From positions 1 through 64,000 of IMG/VR virus record IMGVR_UViG_3300044729_003839: DNA of 64,000 bases. One strand, written 5' to 3'. This document shows, piece after piece, positions 47,120 through 58,400 of the stretch (the first letter of the stretch is position 1; each line of letters begins with the position of its first letter). The position numbers and the translations under genes were made by a program. This DNA comes from a virus. Under the pieces are notes generated by a model, which saw only the letters and a program-made list of their open reading frames with translations, was not told the origin of the DNA and did no database searches.

Positions 47120-47271
47120 ACATCTTGACCGACGGGAGTTCTGGCGTATATCTAGACGGCGCGGAAGAGGTGATTGACATGTACGAGCGAGGAGGCATGG
47201 ACCGAGAAGCGTTGTACGATGCGATTATGAATCTGGATGTTGTGTTTAAATCCAAAGACCCTAGGGGTTGA
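47053..47271 (+). CDS. Small hypothetical protein (start uncertain)
   Basis: Fills gap before the portal gene. Confidence 0.5.
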   Translation: MAKRSKKHSDENESRAKGVDGINILTDGSSGVYLDGAEEVIDMYERGGMDREALYDAIMNLDVVFKSKDPRG

Positions 47272-47310
47272 AAATTCGTTGAAGGCTAGAAAGAAGAATA
47301 AATCTTTGTA

Positions 47311-49278
47311 ATGGCAGATCAGCCTACCGACAAAAAGCGTATAGTAAAAACTGGCTATAACGACCGCCTCTACAACCTGAGCCTGAGTCAGGGAAATGTG
47401 GGAGGTTATTTATCAGATCCTTACACGTGGGGAGGTCTTCCGTCCGTCTTAGCCGGAACTATCCTTCCAAGGCGGGACGACATTCTTATCGAGGAGGGTG
47501 GAGGCGGCCCACGCGCCATCGAGTCTTATACCCGGCTGTTTAATGACAGTGCGGTTATAAGTGCGTGGGAGAAGCTTGTTGGCGAGATTATACAACGCAA
47601 GTGGGAAGTGTTTCCGGCTTCCGACTCTGACAAGGACGAGGAAATCGCGGAATTCGTACGTCAAACTATCTACCACCTCGGGACGAATACCCGGCAGACC
47701 AGGGGGCGCGACATGCTCGCTACTTCTAACTCCGGCTTTGACTCTTTCGTACGAGGAATGTGCGAATCGTTAATACTCGGTATAAGTATTGGCGAGATTT
47801 GCTGGATGCGTCAAGGGGGCTACGTTGTCCCCGCCGAAATCAAGATACGAGATCCGCGCCGGTTCCAGTTCGTCCTGAATGAAGACGGGTCTATCAGTCC
47901 TAGAGTAATCACTATACAATCCCCTGTAGAAGGCCTTCCGATCCCTATGCGCAGCATGGTCATTCACAGGCACTGGGCGTATAGTAATAACATGGACCCT
48001 TATGGTACAGGACTAGGGCGTCAGTTGTATTCGTTAGTAGAATTCCGGCGTACTTTGATGAGTTTCTGGCTTCAATACGCAGATAAGCATACAACCCCAA
48101 CAGCAGTAGGCAAATTCAGCCTCGGAACCCCGGAGGAAGAGGTTAAATCGTTGTTCACCGCGTTACAACGGCTTGGCCAAGAGACCGCCATTGTAATACC
48201 AGACGAAATGGATGTCGATTGGCTAAGCGGGGGAGAAGGAAGACCAGAAATGTACGAGAATATTATAAGTTATATTGATAGGCAGATCTCTTTTCTTATT
48301 AACGGTGAGTCGACAGTAGGACAGGACACAGGATCAGTCGGCAGCTACGCTAGGGATAACGTGGCGGACAGTGTTCGAATGCGCAAAGCGAAAGCGTTCA
48401 GCGAGCAGATTGACGAGACGTTAAACGCTACTCTTGTACGTTGGATTGTAGAACTTAACTATCCCGGCTCGTCAGTGCCCCGGCTGCGCCGGAACTTCGA
48501 AGACCTTGAACAGCGCGAAGATCCGGTAAAAGTTGTCCAGATAATGTCACAACTCCAGGCCTTGGGATACCAAATCTCTGACTTGGACTGGGTCAGAGAC
48601 AAGCTTGAAATCCCGTCTCTTGAAAAAGGCGAAGTACCCGGCATGGATGGAATGATGCCGGGAATGTCGGAATCTCAACCAGGAGCCTTTCCTAAGGGCA
48701 TTGTTCACCAGAAAAAGGACGAGCCGGAACCTCTGGTTATGGGCGAAAAGACACTCGGCCAACTCGTTTCGCGCAACAACTACGTGTCTGCCGATAACCT
48801 TGACTTTTCCGAGTTTGATGAGTCCGGCGATCTTAAGGACAAGACGGTCAGAGATAAGGTATCTAAAAAAATTGCGGAAAGATTTAATCAGGGTGGATTG
48901 GACGAGGTTGGCTGGGAACGCATCAGCACAGGTATTAGTGGTCTGGACTCCGAAACGTCCAAACTTAACATCGACGAGCATACTACACCCGGCGATATCG
49001 TTTTCACAACAAAACGCCTGCTCGAAGAGGTGAGAAATATCCCTGGTGTCGGTTCGAACGAACATTATGGAACGGCTAATCACTATCGGATTGAAATGAC
49101 GACTTACGAGCAGAAAATAATGCGCGAGGAGGAATTTTCGCAAGACGAGATCAACACGCTTATCGGCATTTACAGTAAGTCCTACCGGTTAAATAGGGCA
49201 GTATTGCATCGTGAATGTGTTGTCCTTGATCCTGAAAAGACAGGATACTGGTCTTCATTCGCTCCTTACTTCATGTAA
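47311..49278 (+). CDS. Portal protein, Mu gp29/DUF935 family
   Basis: DPYGTGLGRQLY...FWLQYADKHTTPTAVGKF; IDRQISFLINGE; TLVRWIVELNY. Confidence 0.85.
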   Translation: MADQPTDKKRIVKTGYNDRLYNLSLSQGNVGGYLSDPYTWGGLPSVLAGTILPRRDDILIEEGGGGPRAIESYTRLFNDSAVISAWEKLVGEIIQRKWEVFPASDSDKDEEIAEFVRQTIYHLGTNTRQTRGRDMLATSNSGFDSFVRGMCESLILGISIGEICWMRQGGYVVPAEIKIRDPRRFQFVLNEDGSISPRVITIQSPVEGLPIPMRSMVIHRHWAYSNNMDPYGTGLGRQLYSLVEFRRTLMSFWLQYADKHTTPTAVGKFSLGTPEEEVKSLFTALQRLGQETAIVIPDEMDVDWLSGGEGRPEMYENIISYIDRQISFLINGESTVGQDTGSVGSYARDNVADSVRMRKAKAFSEQIDETLNATLVRWIVELNYPGSSVPRLRRNFEDLEQREDPVKVVQIMSQLQALGYQISDLDWVRDKLEIPSLEKGEVPGMDGMMPGMSESQPGAFPKGIVHQKKDEPEPLVMGEKTLGQLVSRNNYVSADNLDFSEFDESGDLKDKTVRDKVSKKIAERFNQGGLDEVGWERISTGISGLDSETSKLNIDEHTTPGDIVFTTKRLLEEVRNIPGVGSNEHYGTANHYRIEMTTYEQKIMREEEFSQDEINTLIGIYSKSYRLNRAVLHRECVVLDPEKTGYWSSFAPYFM

Positions 49279-49324
49279 TAGTTGAAAGCTGTTTAGGCAA
49301 CAGCCATTCCACTCTTGCATAATA

Positions 49325-49753
49325 ATGCTTAAGATTCGCCCCTCGACTCAGTCTCAATTCTGGGTACAAGCCACTCCCTGGTCTCACTTTTTCACCTCGT
49401 TTTCGGGTATTAGAGATACGGCAGCTACTTCCCAGTACGCTGACGGCATCACCCAGCGCGTTTACCAGCTCAAGGGGGTCAAAACTCTCCAAGAAGCCAC
49501 TATCTCTGTGCCTTTCGACCCCCAAATCCACTACGATATTGTGGATTTTTGGAAGTCTCATGGGTGTGAATTCGTAACCGTTTTCATTACTCCTGTAACT
49601 TGTGGTGAAGATCCCCGCCCCCTTGGGACGCGGAGAATTATCGTGCCCGACGCGCAGTTTACCTCGCTTAATTTCGGACAAGTTGACAGGACTTCCGGTA
49701 CCCCCAGCACGATCGAAATGACGTTCGTGATGGACAGTTTCCAATTCCGTTGA
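49325..49753 (+). CDS. Putative tail tube protein
   Basis: 142 aa; FTSFSGI, ISVPFDP, VDRTSGTPSTIEMTF. Confidence 0.65.
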   Translation: MLKIRPSTQSQFWVQATPWSHFFTSFSGIRDTAATSQYADGITQRVYQLKGVKTLQEATISVPFDPQIHYDIVDFWKSHGCEFVTVFITPVTCGEDPRPLGTRRIIVPDAQFTSLNFGQVDRTSGTPSTIEMTFVMDSFQFR

Positions 49754-49756
49754 CAC

Positions 49757-50476
49757 TTGGCTAGGCTTTTTGGCCAAGGAAACTGCCTAACTACGGGTCA
49801 GCAAGACGCTGTAGGTGAAATAGAAATCGCCGACACGTCTTGCTACGGAGTTTATATTAACACGTGCGGAGTTGACGCTCGAGAACTGCTATTGCTCTAC
49901 CCTATATACAATCCTTTGGCCGGTTTGTTCCTTACAAAATGGGGAGAAATTAACATCCCATGGGGCGATATTGATCGGGAGTGGGGCGATGTTAAAATTG
50001 AGTCGGATTTTGGGTATTTTCAAGGGGACAGAGTCCTATGGTTCGAGGGGGATGGAGATTATCTTGTTGTATACGAGGCGGTTGATGACATTGACAAAGG
50101 GCTAGGCCCTTTCAACCCCGATCAATGGCTAGAAGTTTGCAGAATCCGAGTAACAGATAGATCTTTGCTATCAGAAATAATTACAAGATATCCTTATTGG
50201 TCGGGATCAATTGAGCAAGGAATTGTGAAAATAGATACTGAATGTGGTGATTATAGCTGTTTGTATATAACTAGCACCGCTATAGTTTCTGAAGTCTCGC
50301 CTCCCAACCCCGAGTTCTGGACAAGAGTATTTTGCTCGGAGAATGGCAAGGATAATACTTGCGGGAAAGTGATAAAATGCGGCCCCAACAGGACTCTGGT
50401 ATCTCTCTCGTCTGAAGATAACGATTTAATATGCGTTCCAGTTGAAAGCTTTGACGGTATAGGGCCTAGGAAATGA
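49757..50476 (+). CDS. Putative virion protein
   Basis: Carbohydrate-binding-like FNPDQW and PPNPEFW motifs. Confidence 0.65.
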   Translation: MARLFGQGNCLTTGQQDAVGEIEIADTSCYGVYINTCGVDARELLLLYPIYNPLAGLFLTKWGEINIPWGDIDREWGDVKIESDFGYFQGDRVLWFEGDGDYLVVYEAVDDIDKGLGPFNPDQWLEVCRIRVTDRSLLSEIITRYPYWSGSIEQGIVKIDTECGDYSCLYITSTAIVSEVSPPNPEFWTRVFCSENGKDNTCGKVIKCGPNRTLVSLSSEDNDLICVPVESFDGIGPRK

Positions 50477-51099
50477 GCAACATTTATGGAAAATCTTGCA
50501 CTCCTAATCTGGGCGGGGTAAGCAATTTTTATACAAAAGAAGAGGTAAGATCTCTTTTACGTGGTGAGCGCATAGACTGTACTTCTACTGACACCGGCAA
50601 CGCGAAAAAGCTTTCAGACCTTGAAGATGTAGATGTTACAACAAATCCTCCATCTGATAACCAGCCGCTTGTTTATGATGACTATCTAGAAAAGTGGCTC
50701 CCAGGTGTTCAGCCTCTTAGTCTTGACAGTCTTGAGCACATTACTGCAAATCTTGCCCCTGGCGGCGTGGAAGATGTTGCGCTGATATCGCCACAGATTT
50801 TCAATATACTAACGCTGTACTCAGAAACTCCAGTTTGGATTCGCGTCTACAGCACAAGTAGCGCAAGGGCGGCTGATACGCGAACTAGCCCAGGCGGAAC
50901 ACTGCCAGCAGCCGGGACAGGCTTATACGCAGAAGTTGTAACAACGGAGTCCCCAGGATTTATCAGCTTTTCGCCAATTCCAATGGTGTCTTGCGCGGGA
51001 TCGGTGTTTATCAGAGTTGTTAACATGGACACCATAAGCACAGAGGTAAATTTCGTCTTCGGCATCCTTGCTTACGGGGTCTATGCGGTAGGGGGTTGA
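50473..51099 (+). CDS. Putative tail fibre-associated protein
   Basis: LSDLEDVD...LVYD...KWLP; WIRVYSTSSARAAD domain. Confidence 0.7.
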   Translation: MSNIYGKSCTPNLGGVSNFYTKEEVRSLLRGERIDCTSTDTGNAKKLSDLEDVDVTTNPPSDNQPLVYDDYLEKWLPGVQPLSLDSLEHITANLAPGGVEDVALISPQIFNILTLYSETPVWIRVYSTSSARAADTRTSPGGTLPAAGTGLYAEVVTTESPGFISFSPIPMVSCAGSVFIRVVNMDTISTEVNFVFGILAYGVYAVGG

Positions 51100-51141
51100 C
51101 ACCTAACCCTCGCTTTTTTCACTTTATTCTTTTCTTAAATT

Positions 51142-51627
51142 GTGGCCTACACCGAGGAAACCTACACCGCTGCAGCAACCTGGACTACAGCGCAGTTAGC
51201 CGATCTGTTCCGCGATGCGTTCATCGACGCGGGGCTGATGACAGCTTGGTATGACTCGTTTGCAAATGGCGGCATTGAGAATCGCGTGCTGGAAATCACC
51301 TACGGCGGGACCAATACGCATGGGAAGACTTACTACTGGTTTATGTTCTCGGCCGATGGGGTGCGGTTGCATGCGGCAACAGGATGGAATGCTGCGACGG
51401 ATCAGCCAACTGGCACGCAGTATCTGGACTTTTTTGCCACCACCACGTCAGACACCGTGGAGCTGGTGCGTTACACCTCTGGCGTGGATGCGGATCAGAG
51501 CTGGTTTGTGATTAAAAGTAGCGGTAGCCCCAGTATGGCGATTTCGTTTGGCAGCACATCCGAGCCTTCAGGCCCCATTATCCCCACCACCGGTCAAATC
51601 TGGCCTTTAGGTACTCCGGGATTTTAG
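51142..51627 (+). CDS. Tail-related protein fragment, possibly truncated
   Basis: Composition differs from its neighbours; LFRDAFIDAGLMTAWYDSF. Confidence 0.5.
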   Translation: MAYTEETYTAAATWTTAQLADLFRDAFIDAGLMTAWYDSFANGGIENRVLEITYGGTNTHGKTYYWFMFSADGVRLHAATGWNAATDQPTGTQYLDFFATTTSDTVELVRYTSGVDADQSWFVIKSSGSPSMAISFGSTSEPSGPIIPTTGQIWPLGTPGF

Positions 51628-51742
51628 AAGTAGTTACAGGTCTTAACTCGCTCCAACTCCGGGAATGATTTGGATCCTTGACACAGGATTCATTTGTCCC
51701 CTAGTACAGGCTATGGTATTTATAGCCCGGTAGCCCGGGCTG

Positions 51743-52093
51743 TCATGAGAGAGCAACGGGGCTGGACTGGACCTCCAGCCTCTTTCTTTCCTCTTGTATC
51801 CTAGCACACACTTTGAGCATTCTCTCAAGAAAATCGTCTGGCAACACCCCGCGCAAATCGTTCCTGGCATCATCAGGGTCTGTCGGCCAGCCAGAACCAG
51901 CATAAGCCAAAAACTCTTTAAGTTCTTTGACCGTTATAAATCTGCCCGGTAAAAGGTGCCAAAAAACACCGTCCCAGACGTTCACATCCCCGCTGTGCAT
52001 TATCACAAAGTCGCCAGGACTTAGCCCTGAGTCGTCAGGAAACAGGTCCGAAGGTTTTCTTAAAACGTATACAGCAGGCCGTTTATTAGCCAT
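51743..52093 (-). CDS. Hypothetical protein
   Basis: ATG 52093; VNVWDGVFW. Confidence 0.6.
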   Translation of the reverse strand: MANKRPAVYVLRKPSDLFPDDSGLSPGDFVIMHSGDVNVWDGVFWHLLPGRFITVKELKEFLAYAGSGWPTDPDDARNDLRGVLPDDFLERMLKVCARIQEERKRLEVQSSPVALS

Positions 52094-52244
52094 TTTCAGG
52101 AGTACTTTCCACCACCGGAGCGTCAAAGATACTGTCCAACGCTCGTTCCACCTGGCCAATCATAATACTGATAAGGTGTTTGTTGCCGATCGCCTTGGCG
52201 TCCGAGTACGCCTCGATCAAAGTCACCATGTCCTGTTTGCTCAT
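52086..52244 (-). CDS. 52-aa hypothetical protein (not in ORF track)
   Basis: MSKQDMVTLIEAYSDAKAIGNKHLI...; motif variant GGTGAAAGT at 52274-52282 on minus strand. Confidence 0.5.
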   Translation of the reverse strand: MSKQDMVTLIEAYSDAKAIGNKHLISIMIGQVERALDSIFDAPVVESTPENG

Positions 52245-52319
52245 TTTAATCCGAGGGAAAGAAGGTACATAATACTTTCACCGGTTTTTTGTTGAAAGCT
52301 CAGAAGAATAAGATCGCCC

Positions 52320-52628
52320 ATGGCTCAGCCCATTAGAGAATTTGACGTGTCAAAGACGTTCGACAACGTCTTGCTGACACAGGTTACAGGGCAGCCGGAT
52401 ACAGACGGCATTCCCGTTAATTTCTTACCCGCGAGACGGACCGGAAACCTCGCCCTGCGCGATCAGGGCAGGGTTCAAGACGGTTTCGGCACCGCCGCCC
52501 CTTTAGTGATCGGTGCAAACGCCATTGAGGTTGAGTCTGATCCGGGTACGGCGTTTTCCCCCATCCGACGTGCGGATTTTGTCGGCTTGCACGCCCACAT
52601 GTTCATTCAAAGTATTATCTGGAGCTGA
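52320..52628 (+). CDS. Hypothetical virion protein
   Basis: GTTGAAAGC at 52291. Confidence 0.65.
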   Translation: MAQPIREFDVSKTFDNVLLTQVTGQPDTDGIPVNFLPARRTGNLALRDQGRVQDGFGTAAPLVIGANAIEVESDPGTAFSPIRRADFVGLHAHMFIQSIIWS

Positions 52629-52631
52629 TAG

Positions 52632-53027
52632 ATGTTACTCCCGTCAAACGTATCGACTAATTCCCTTGCTACCCCTTCAAACGTACAAGAATCGTCCCAA
52701 GGGTTGATGATTGACGTGCCTGTCGCCCCAGGATCTCCTCCGGACTACCAAAAAAACTTCGCCCTTATAACCTCCCTTATCGTGTGTAATAAGTCCGCCG
52801 GGAGTTTGGGTGTATATGCAAAAATTGTCAACGGCGCCACCTCCGCCTCTCTTCTCCACAACCTGGACCTACCCCCTGGCCAGTCTTTTGAAGTAATTAA
52901 TGGCAATAAATTTACCTTGAAGGAGGGCGATAAACTGTATGTATGGCATAATAGTCTTGTTGCCACGGATCTCGACGCTATTATCTCTTACACTTTGCAC
53001 AGGCCTTTGACCACATATGATGTCTGA
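52632..53027 (+). CDS. Small beta-sandwich virion protein
   Basis: ITSLIVCN...KFTLKEGDKLYV...LDAIISY. Confidence 0.7.
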   Translation: MLLPSNVSTNSLATPSNVQESSQGLMIDVPVAPGSPPDYQKNFALITSLIVCNKSAGSLGVYAKIVNGATSASLLHNLDLPPGQSFEVINGNKFTLKEGDKLYVWHNSLVATDLDAIISYTLHRPLTTYDV

Positions 53028-53187
53028 TATTTACAAGATAGAGGGAAAATATCCTGACCCTCAACAGATAAAACAAGTCCTTGAATCTTACAAAGGGACA
53101 GAAGATTACCCCGAAATGCTCCGAGAAGTCAGGGAAGCGGGGATGTCGAAACATCCTCTATTGGAGAGATTTTTTGTTGAAAGCTAG
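53020..53187 (+). CDS. 55-aa hypothetical protein (not in ORF track)
   Basis: MSDIYKIEGKYPDP... fills the gap exactly. Confidence 0.5.
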   Translation: MSDIYKIEGKYPDPQQIKQVLESYKGTEDYPEMLREVREAGMSKHPLLERFFVES

Positions 53188-53189
53188 AC

Positions 53190-55439
53190 ATGCGCTATAT
53201 CCCCAATTATACGACCAGGTCCGTCCTGCAGATATCTGAGGGCGAAAGCTCTTATATAAATATAAAGAATGTCGGGGCTTCTGGGGGCGGGGAAACCCGG
53301 TTTACATCTACCGTAACAGATATACAGTCCAGCATTGTCACTCTCGGGAATATAAATGACGGGCAAGGGGGTCAATTAAACGCTTATAGAGGTATTTTAA
53401 AATCAGATACCGACTTGCAAGCGTTTTTCTACGCCCCTCCCGGGTCTGTGCAAGACAAGACGATCGTAATCTCCACTTTTGTTGCGCAAGGAGTAGATTT
53501 CTCCAGCTCTGAGTTTGTAAATACTAACCTGCGCCCTTTAAAATATATTGTCTTCGGATATAATATAGATACAGGGTTTATGCCCAACGCGAGAGAAGTA
53601 GTAGAAATCGGCACAAAAGTCCTTAATCCGGACTTCTGGAACATAGACCAGTATGTTCAGTTAAATATTACAAGAAGCTCGCTGTATGTGTTACCAGTAA
53701 TTTATAGGGTCTGGGGTAACCGCGTTGATTTCCTTGGACTTGTAGGGAACAACACTATAAGCTATTCCAATAGTGCAACTTTTAGAGATCTAGGTCTAAC
53801 CGAAATACCAAGTTGGGATACAGAACGGGCTCTTCCCATCTTTTTGCAAGGAGCGATTTCCGTAGCCGGATCGGATGTGATCATCAATAGTAGAGTACTT
53901 GGCAAAGAGAAACTTAATATCCGCCCGACCCTGTCAGGATCTTTGCCCAATACCTTGTCATGCTTCTGTCAAGGGGATACTTCAAAATACGATACTGGTA
54001 ACACGGTAAGATTTTATACCGACGACACCAGGTATTTGCAGACGGCGGTTAACCTGGCCCGGTCAGGAGGAATTAAAGACATATTCTTCCCGTCCGACAC
54101 GTATAACATATCCGATGTATCTTTTGTAAACTCTAGCCTTAACGACTATTCCAATATAAGTTTTAGGGGAGTAGGAGAGGGCAGTATAGTCAAAAGATTA
54201 CCATCAATTGTGCATAATGTTACAAACCCAGGACTTGTGTGCTTTTCTGGAGGCAACACCTCTAACCCATTGTCTGGTGTAAAGTTTGAATCTATTGTCT
54301 TTGATGGAAATAGGAACAATAACGCTTCTGTTCTCTCGCCCAGGGCTTCTGAAACAACCTTAAATATTTTACTTTCTGAAAGTCTAACTATAAGATACTG
54401 TCTTATCAGAGATAATGCCAGTTCCGGTGTAGGTATCGAGGATTGCAAAAACGTTTCTTTGCTTAATAATCGAATATCGAGAACGGGAAGGGCTTATGAG
54501 GAAGGGGCCGAGCCATTGTCCGTCTTAAACAGCGAGAACTTGGTGACCCAGGGAAATATTCTTGAACTGGCCACTTCTTCCCCTAAAATCGATTCTACAG
54601 ATTTCAGTACGGTTAACGGCAATATCGTGAGAGGATGTGGAGATAGAGGTTTTGATCTGCAATCGTCGTTCCAATGGAATTCTCAGGGTAACGTCGCCTA
54701 CAGCGATAACGATTCAATCATCCGCTCCATCGACACCTACAATAACGAGTATAGCAGAGCCACTATTGAAGTCAGAAAAGGCTTTGCTCTCGACCCTATA
54801 TTCATGACTGTTACGTACGGAGGCGAACCCGTCTCAATAGTCAAGGGGTCGGTAAAAGCCGAGATATTCAGTCTCACTTCCCAAGGGGTTAAGAATGTTA
54901 AAGTCGGTTCGTTTAGAGTTATAGAAACTTCAGATCAACTCGAGGCGGGTATTTTCTCCCTAACCTTGCCCGGAACTACTTCTCAAGAACTTGGGGGCGA
55001 GACAATAATCGCCACCGGATCTTTGAATAATGAGTTCGGGTATATTTACGAGGTAAAAGCGAATGTTTTGATAGGCGGAGGTCCGAGGGGTTATACACCC
55101 CTCTCACTAGGGAGAGTAGAAATCAGCTCTGAGATATACCCCACCCTTAAACTGGTTAACTCTTCCGACATTCTCTCGCTTCAAATACACGCCCCGAGCG
55201 GACTTGAGAATGACAAAGTCCTGGTGAAAGGATTTTTACCGGACATACTCCCGGGGTGGGATCAAAACGCGAGCTACCCGATCCGAGATGTAGACGTAGA
55301 CACAGCCACCTTAATACTTGAGCAGATCCCAGGTTTTAGTCCACCCGAACCTCCGGTGGAATTCGGCTCAGGAAGTCTATTTATTTCCCGTCCGGACTAC
55401 TTTGTCGCCGACGGCAACTTATTCGTTCACACCCTGTAA
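53190..55439 (+). CDS. Tail spike with right-handed beta-helix (pectate-lyase-like) domain
   Basis: DDTRYLQTAVN...IFFPSDTY...FRGVGEGSIVK...FDGNR, followed by beta-helix repeats. Confidence 0.75.
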   Translation: MRYIPNYTTRSVLQISEGESSYINIKNVGASGGGETRFTSTVTDIQSSIVTLGNINDGQGGQLNAYRGILKSDTDLQAFFYAPPGSVQDKTIVISTFVAQGVDFSSSEFVNTNLRPLKYIVFGYNIDTGFMPNAREVVEIGTKVLNPDFWNIDQYVQLNITRSSLYVLPVIYRVWGNRVDFLGLVGNNTISYSNSATFRDLGLTEIPSWDTERALPIFLQGAISVAGSDVIINSRVLGKEKLNIRPTLSGSLPNTLSCFCQGDTSKYDTGNTVRFYTDDTRYLQTAVNLARSGGIKDIFFPSDTYNISDVSFVNSSLNDYSNISFRGVGEGSIVKRLPSIVHNVTNPGLVCFSGGNTSNPLSGVKFESIVFDGNRNNNASVLSPRASETTLNILLSESLTIRYCLIRDNASSGVGIEDCKNVSLLNNRISRTGRAYEEGAEPLSVLNSENLVTQGNILELATSSPKIDSTDFSTVNGNIVRGCGDRGFDLQSSFQWNSQGNVAYSDNDSIIRSIDTYNNEYSRATIEVRKGFALDPIFMTVTYGGEPVSIVKGSVKAEIFSLTSQGVKNVKVGSFRVIETSDQLEAGIFSLTLPGTTSQELGGETIIATGSLNNEFGYIYEVKANVLIGGGPRGYTPLSLGRVEISSEIYPTLKLVNSSDILSLQIHAPSGLENDKVLVKGFLPDILPGWDQNASYPIRDVDVDTATLILEQIPGFSPPEPPVEFGSGSLFISRPDYFVADGNLFVHTL

Positions 55440-55444
55440 TTATT

Positions 55445-58400
55445 ATGGCAAACAGACAGACCATTATTGGTAAAACGGCCCCTGTACCGCTTGGCCAACA
55501 AAAAGCGGTAAACTCGCTGCCTGTTGTTTTTGCCGAAGACCAGCCCGCTATCCCCGTCGAAGAACAGAATAAGATTCAGTCGGAAGTTGCCCTCTCGCTG
55601 CTCGGTATTCCTCGCGCCGAAGTCGCCTTGGGTATCTTTGCCGATGTAAACACGTACGATATTAATCCGACTGAATGGTCTCAGTCTCCGCTAGAGAATG
55701 ATCTGGACTCCGGAACAGGACTTTATCACCTTGCTCAAGAGGCTGGAGCGGAGCTGGTGGCTGGCGAAGGAAGAACTACTATCCTCACATCAAAGCGATT
55801 TTTCAGGTATCAGCCTGGACGTGTTTCCTCCTCGACAATGGGCGTAAGAATGAACAGAACGAGTTCAACTTACCTGTCCGGAGTTGAGAACAGAAACATT
55901 ATGAAAGGCGCTCCTACTATTAAAAAGTGGGGCATTTTTGACAAGTTTGACGGCTACTATTTCGAAATAGTTAACTCGGGGGATAATAACGACTTTAGAT
56001 GTATAAGACGTACGCAGGCTCTTGTGCCATCCGAGCCGCCCGGTGTCGGAGCGACTCCTGACGCTTGGAATAAAACAGACGGGACGAATGGAAAAACGAA
56101 TATCAAAGGGGGTAATTGGGGTGTAGTAGGCGAGGATCCTGTAATCTATAGGAATGGACTTTGCTATGTTGCCGCAGCGATATACGACCCGAGTCTCTGT
56201 TTTCTACCCGGAGATGTAAGAGAGATTGAGGCGAATGAAACTAGACTTTCAGAATTCACTTACAACGAAGACTATGCCTTAAGGTTGGCGTATAGAAATG
56301 CTGATGGCGATTTTATTGAACATTTGGAGGGGCGACAGTTCCAGTTCCCGTTCGATCAAAAGGAGCCGGGAACGTTTTCCACCGGGGATTACGAAAACTG
56401 GCAGATAAACAATTTGTTTTTAAAACCAGATTCTGAGTATATTCGCCTAGATGCTCACTGCCGCTGGGAAGACATTGTAACCAACCTGAGCAGAGGAGAC
56501 GGTACCGGATTCGATACTGAAATAACTGCTACCGGTTCGACAATCTCCGCTTTACCTGGTGACAGCCGGTTCGAATATGATACGGCTCCTTCGGCGGACG
56601 ACAGCGGCGTTAAGGTCTGGAACCTTCTCGTATCGGTCCAAGGCTCGAGCCAAGTCTCCAACTCCCAATACAGTGCTGCTTTCCCCACACCCCACAGAAC
56701 CTCACCCTACGATGTAAATAACGCGAATGTGGGCAGAAAGAACATCACATTAAAAGAATGGTTCAAGATATGTGTACCGCCCCAGTTCCGCACAGTATAC
56801 GAATGGCGGCCAGTCCGAGCCATGTTCAGCAATGACCAGTTGAACGGTAAAACTGATAATAAAGTAAGATGGAGCGATGTTTCTACAGCGAACGTAGATC
56901 CGTCGGGAGTCGGAGTAAAAAGGCCCGGTGACCCTATTGAGGTGGGCGGATCTATTCTTACGCAATCTTCCGTGTACGATGTGGATTTCACCAAAGTCAC
57001 CATGTGGAAGATCGAATTCTCATGGTACGGTGCTGTTGGCGCGTTGTTTCTGTGTTATGTCCCTGTTGGTAATGGGGAAGCGAGATGGGTCCGAGTCCAT
57101 CACATGCGAGCCTCTAACCAGCTTGACGTGGCGTCTTTGGGCAATGCAACTCTGCCCATTACTTATTTAACGCATGCGGGCATCGGGAACGATTTAGTAG
57201 ACAACAAAAGCGTGCTTGTTAAGTACGGTGCTAGCTATTATATCGACGGTGGTGACAAAGGCACAGTAAAACTCGTATCAAAGTCTTCCGATTACCCTAA
57301 GCCGGTAAATTTTGGTGTCATACGAACTACAATCACCACCACTCCCGCACTTAACTACTTCAGTATCAGCACTTCGGTGTTATCCCAGTCTCTAAAAGAT
57401 CAACTCATTGGGTCGTATTTGAGAAACGATAAAACCACTAAAGTGATTTGGGTAGAGAACGATTCCACCGATAAAATAAGACTGTATTTCAACCAATCTG
57501 TAGCCCTGTTCGCGCAGAACGACCCTATTGAGATTGTGGTGCCACGCCGCCAAAGGTCTATGATGTCTTTGCGTGCCAAAGACCAAATTACTAACACGAC
57601 CGGTACAGCTATACGAAACAGAGTACAAATCTACCCGCTGAAATACGGCTCGGGTGTAATTGACAGCAGCGCTGACACCAACATCCTAACGATCAATTTC
57701 TCTAAAAATCCACTTGTAATAACGAATAATCTTAACAACTCCACTCTAGCCGCTTCTTATAATCTTCCGATCTACACTGACGCCTTGGATACAGGTTTAG
57801 GGTTCGAACTCGGCTCGGGTACAATACCGAAAAAAATTGAATCGGGCACCAATATAACTTCTGGAAACTACACCACTTTAGACGGACTGCTTTCGTCGAA
57901 CGGAAAGTATTTCCACTGCTATATGAGGGGCATTGCTACTTCAGAAGTGGGCAGCGGATTTGATGCTAATCCTCAAGTGACAGAGTTCCCTCGTCTTGTC
58001 AGGGTATTTAAAAAGTCTGGCAGTATCTATATTCAAAACTTTTCCTCAAACCCTGAGCCGGTATCCGTGTTCGGTGTCATGATACCTGTTCGCATGTACA
58101 TTTTTAACTCTAGTGGTGCGTTGACAGCGTATACAGGGACTCCAACCCACACAAAGTACGAAGATCAGAATAAATGGTCAGAGGCGGGTTTAGTCGGGAC
58201 TTTTGAATCCATCGGTCAGCTTTCTGGCGCTTCTGTCGCGCAAGACTTTAAACTTTCCCCTGTGTCCGACACGGGCAATCTCGTATTCTCTTTGTACACC
58301 AATAGAGGTGGCGATCAGTTCGATCTGGCAGACTACTTCGCTTACAACAAAGAATACATTTCGTATCCATTGACTAACGAAGTCGACATCCTTTGCGCTT

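Noticed and set aside
49271-49777. 168-aa minus-strand ORF
   Set aside because: Antisense to the putative tail tube gene, which has the late motif upstream.
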